DNA of 64,000 nucleotides, taken from assembly GCA_965205335.1 (NCBI GenBank), contig OZ242164.1, positions 288,001-352,000 of the forward strand, given 5' to 3'. Under the pieces are notes generated by a model. The model saw only the letters and a program-made list of their open reading frames with translations. It had not been told where the DNA came from and made no database searches. The stretch is from Candidatus Woesearchaeota archaeon. GTDB lineage: Archaea; Nanobdellota; Nanobdellia; Woesearchaeales; UBA583. Shown here one piece after another: positions 60,789-64,000 of the stretch. The stretch's first letter is position 1; each line of letters starts with the position of its first letter. The position numbers and the translations under genes are program-made.

Positions 60789-60967
60789 TTAGTTTGAATC
60801 TGTATTTTTTTCTGATTTAAATTTTATAAAATAAGATAAGGCATCATTATTGTTTTTAAGTAAATTGGTTACCTCTTTATATTTCTTATTTCTGATTAAA
60901 TTAAATATCTTAACTTTTAATTCGTAGGATTTCTTCAAATCATTAATTTCCTTTTTACTTATACTCA
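60789..60967 (-). pseudogene. Truncated paralog of the MSISKKEI protein
   Basis: Matches the N-terminus of the 60965-61566 ORF. Confidence 0.6.
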
Positions 60968-61566
60968 TTTTAAAATCTCCCAATATCCTGCACTTGTTTT
61001 TCCAATCCTTCTTACTGCATTCTTAGACTTCAACTTCTCAATGTATTCTTTAACTGTATCAGAACTAATACCTAACTTAATTGCCAACTCATTTCTTGAA
61101 ATTTTAGAATTTGTTTGTATTTCCAACAATATTTTTTTCTCCAACTCAGTAAGTTCAACTTGGGGGGTAACTTGGGGGGTGTCTTGGGGGGTGTCTTGGG
61201 GGGTAGAAACTCTTTCTTCAATATCTTTTTTTTGTAAATTTAAAAACTCTTTCTGCTGTTTTAAATACTCTTGTTGTTCATATCTTGCCTCTTTTTCCTC
61301 AATATATTTTTTTATCTTTTCTAATTCTGTTGATATTTTATTTTCTTTATAAGGACTGTAATGAATACCCCAACCATTAATACCAGATATAATAACTGAA
61401 CCACGTTTTTCTGATTCCAATTTCTTGAAATAAGATAAGGCTTCATTGTTCTTTTCAAGTAAATCTCTTGCTTTCTGTGTTTCATCCCTTTTAATTAAAT
61501 CAAATATCTTGACTTTTAATTCGTAGGATTTCTTCAAATCATCAATTTCTTTTTTACTTATACTCA
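60965..61566 (-). CDS. Chimeric protein: helical N-terminus plus wHTH copied from the upstream Schlafen/AlbA gene
   Basis: C-terminal 70 aa nearly identical to the 437-aa ORF end; TPQD/TPQV 12-bp repeats four times. Confidence 0.7.
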
Positions 61567-62877
61567 TTTTAAAATCTCCCAATATCCTGCACTTGTTTTC
61601 CCTACTCTTCTTACTGCATTCTTAGACTTCAACTTCTCAATATATTCTTTAACTGTATCAGAACTAATACTCAACTTAGTTGCCAATTGATTTCTTGAAA
61701 TCTTGGGATTTGTTTGCATTTCCAGCAACATCTTTTTCTCCAATTCAGTAAATTCAACTTGGGGGGTATCTTGGGGGGTAGAGATTCTTCCTAAAACAAC
61801 TGTGAAAAACCCTGTACTCTCAAATTTAACACCAAGACCAAACTTCTTCATTGAATCTTTTATTCTTCCTATCCCTGAACCAATTTTCTCAACCTTATTT
61901 ATCCTTAACATAAGATCCATTATCAAAGGATTACGTGGCAAACTTACTTTTCCAAAGTCTTTTTCTGCTAACCCTTTAACAAGGCCTCCTGGATTGCTTA
62001 TCTCAATTCTATCAAGAAAAATATCTATTTGTATATGTCCTGTGGAAAAATAATCTCTGTGAACTACTGCATTTATAATTGCTTCTCTTAATGCCTCTTC
62101 TGGCAATTCAAGTTGTTCCTTTCTTTCTCTTCCTATTATATAATTAGTGTTAAGTTTGGATATTGTATAAACCAAAGCATTATCATAATTAGATACTATA
62201 TCTGCATCAAATTCTTTCTTATCAAGAATAATTGTTTTGTTTGTGCCCTGATACAATACACAACTAACAGTAGCACTTATGAAAAACTTTGTAATCTTAT
62301 AACAAAAAAACAAAACTCCTGCATTTTTCATACATTTGCTGTCAAGAAGAAATAAATTTTTCAGAATTTGTTTTTCATCTGTATTACTCTTTATTTTGGC
62401 TAAGCCTAAATAATTTTTGAACTTGTGTTCATCAAAATCCTTACTTAGATTGAAATTTATATTAGGTTGATTATCAAATAAAACTAAATTCTCTTTCTGA
62501 AAAAAATCTCTTATTTCATCTCTCTTTAACTGCTGAGAATTTGCACCAACCCTCATGAAAAACTGACCATTTACAGAATAAGGCTTTCTCTCTCCCTCAG
62601 AAACATATATAACTAATAAATCATCCACATCTTCAGTTTCAACAGAAAAATGAGGATCAATATTTCGGGCAAAATTCTGAATTTGAGATTTAAGTGAATT
62701 TGTTATATTAATTCCTAATACATCGCCATTATCCTTAACACCTAAAATTATTCTTCCGCCTTTCGTGTTAGCAAAAGCGCATATTTCCTTGCCTAAATTA
62801 GACCCTATGCTCTCCTTAAATTCCAAAGTTAGCCCTTCTCCTGTTTCAATTAACTTTAAAATTTCTCTTTTTTCCAT
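61564..62877 (-). CDS. Schlafen/AlbA_2 plus HATPase_c_4 plus wHTH protein
   Basis: GEGLTLEFKES, ICAFANTKGG.I.LGV.D, ALREAIINAVVHRDY, NPGGL, RNPLI, EKIGSGI. Confidence 0.85.
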   Translation of the reverse strand: MEKREILKLIETGEGLTLEFKESIGSNLGKEICAFANTKGGRIILGVKDNGDVLGINITNSLKSQIQNFARNIDPHFSVETEDVDDLLVIYVSEGERKPYSVNGQFFMRVGANSQQLKRDEIRDFFQKENLVLFDNQPNINFNLSKDFDEHKFKNYLGLAKIKSNTDEKQILKNLFLLDSKCMKNAGVLFFCYKITKFFISATVSCVLYQGTNKTIILDKKEFDADIVSNYDNALVYTISKLNTNYIIGRERKEQLELPEEALREAIINAVVHRDYFSTGHIQIDIFLDRIEISNPGGLVKGLAEKDFGKVSLPRNPLIMDLMLRINKVEKIGSGIGRIKDSMKKFGLGVKFESTGFFTVVLGRISTPQDTPQVEFTELEKKMLLEMQTNPKISRNQLATKLSISSDTVKEYIEKLKSKNAVRRVGKTSAGYWEILK

Positions 62878-62887
62878 CTTATATTCC

Positions 62888-64000
62888 TCATTTCACCTCA
62901 AAACCAATGCCCTTTAAATTCTTTTTAATTTCTATCTCTAATTCATCGCTTTTCTTAAACTGCTCATCTAATTCCTTAACCAATCTATCCATTTTCTCAT
63001 CGAAAGGTTCTTTATCTTCTTCAACTTCTGCAATTCCAACATATCTTCCTGGCGTTAAAATGAAATCATGCTTCTCAACCTCATCAAGTGATGCACTTTT
63101 GCAAAAACCCTTAACATCTTCATATTCCCCTTTCTCAGTTCCTTTCCATATATGATATGTTTTAGAAATCTTTCGTATATCCTCATTTGATAATTCTCTA
63201 TGTCTTCTTGTGACCATCTCTCCCATATTACGAGCATCAATAAATAGAATCTCTTCTTTTCTCTTTTTATTCTTAGATAAAAACCAAAGACAGGCAGGAA
63301 TGCCAGTATTATAAAATAACCTGTCAGGCAATGCAACAATGCATTCAACTAAATCATCTTTAATAATTGCCTTTCTGATTTCTCCCTCATTTGAAGTATT
63401 AGATGACATAGAACCATTGGCAAGAACAAATCCTGTAATGCCATTTGGAGATAAATGATAAATGAAGTGTTGAACCCAACCATAATTGGCGTTGCCAGTA
63501 GGTGGAATTCCATATTTCCAGCGAGCATCTTCTCGCAATCTTTCCCCACCCCAATCTGAAATATTAAATGGTGGATTAGCAATAATGAAATCTGATCTTA
63601 AATCTTTGTGCAAATCATTATGAAAACTGTCTGCTTGACTCTCTCCTAAATTGCCATCAATTCCTCTAATTGCTAAATTCATCATTCCAAGTTTTCTTGT
63701 GGTTGGATTACTTTCTTGACCGTAAATAGAAATGTCTCCTAACTTTCCTCCATGCTCTTTAACAAATGTCTCACTTTGAACAAACATTCCGCAACTTCCA
63801 CAGCAGGGGTCATAAATTCTTCCTTTATATGGTTGAAGCATTTCAATAAGCAACTTTACGATACTTTGGGGAGTATAGAACTCTCCACCCCCTTTACCTT
63901 CCGCACTTGCAAACCTCCCAATAAAATATTCATACACTCTTCCAAGCATATCCTTTGATTTATTTTTGCTTGTTCCAATATCAATTGAAGAAATTAAATC
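62888..64000 (-). CDS. hsdM: Second type I RM methyltransferase, 5' partial
   Basis: [35 protein letters not shown]; frame open to the window edge. Confidence 0.95.
   Translation of the reverse strand, partial: DLISSIDIGTSKNKSKDMLGRVYEYFIGRFASAEGKGGGEFYTPQSIVKLLIEMLQPYKGRIYDPCCGSCGMFVQSETFVKEHGGKLGDISIYGQESNPTTRKLGMMNLAIRGIDGNLGESQADSFHNDLHKDLRSDFIIANPPFNISDWGGERLREDARWKYGIPPTGNANYGWVQHFIYHLSPNGITGFVLANGSMSSNTSNEGEIRKAIIKDDLVECIVALPDRLFYNTGIPACLWFLSKNKKRKEEILFIDARNMGEMVTRRHRELSNEDIRKISKTYHIWKGTEKGEYEDVKGFCKSASLDEVEKHDFILTPGRYVGIAEVEEDKEPFDEKMDRLVKELDEQFKKSDELEIEIKKNLKGIGFEVK

Overview
AT-rich archaeal DNA, most consistent with a DPANN lineage (Woesearchaeota/Nanoarchaeota-like). This is inferred from PolD DP2, Cdc48, EndA, Elp3, a tRNA-Ser(GCT) without encoded CCA, and TATA boxes about 24 nt before start codons. 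The left third (1-24.8 kb) holds three large surface proteins with unrelated N-terminal passengers: plant-type LRR; LVIVD-like propellers; and propeller/cadherin/FN3. All three end in the same PGF-pre-PGF-like domain, Pro/Glu linker and C-terminal TM anchor. Two of them share a 27-bp passenger junction and a duplicated 1.1-kb 3' block, and the largest sits behind a G14 tract inside an unannotated leader ORF that looks phase-variable. The middle (24.8-34 kb) has core genes, including a DP2 gene lacking its N-terminal third. The right half (34-64 kb) is a heavily rearranged defence island. It contains an ImmA/IrrE+PIN pair (a second pair lies at 28.6-30.2 kb), IS/MITE relics, a type I RM locus with stacked cargo cassettes, Panacea plus a start-less RelE-like ORF, GmrSD, and a Vsr-Dcm-GHKL/histidine kinase-receiver/effector module. 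It ends with inverted copies of hsdM and hsdS 3' ends and a decayed second type I locus carrying a Schlafen/AlbA_2 gene. All family assignments are by eye from motifs; no database searches were run.
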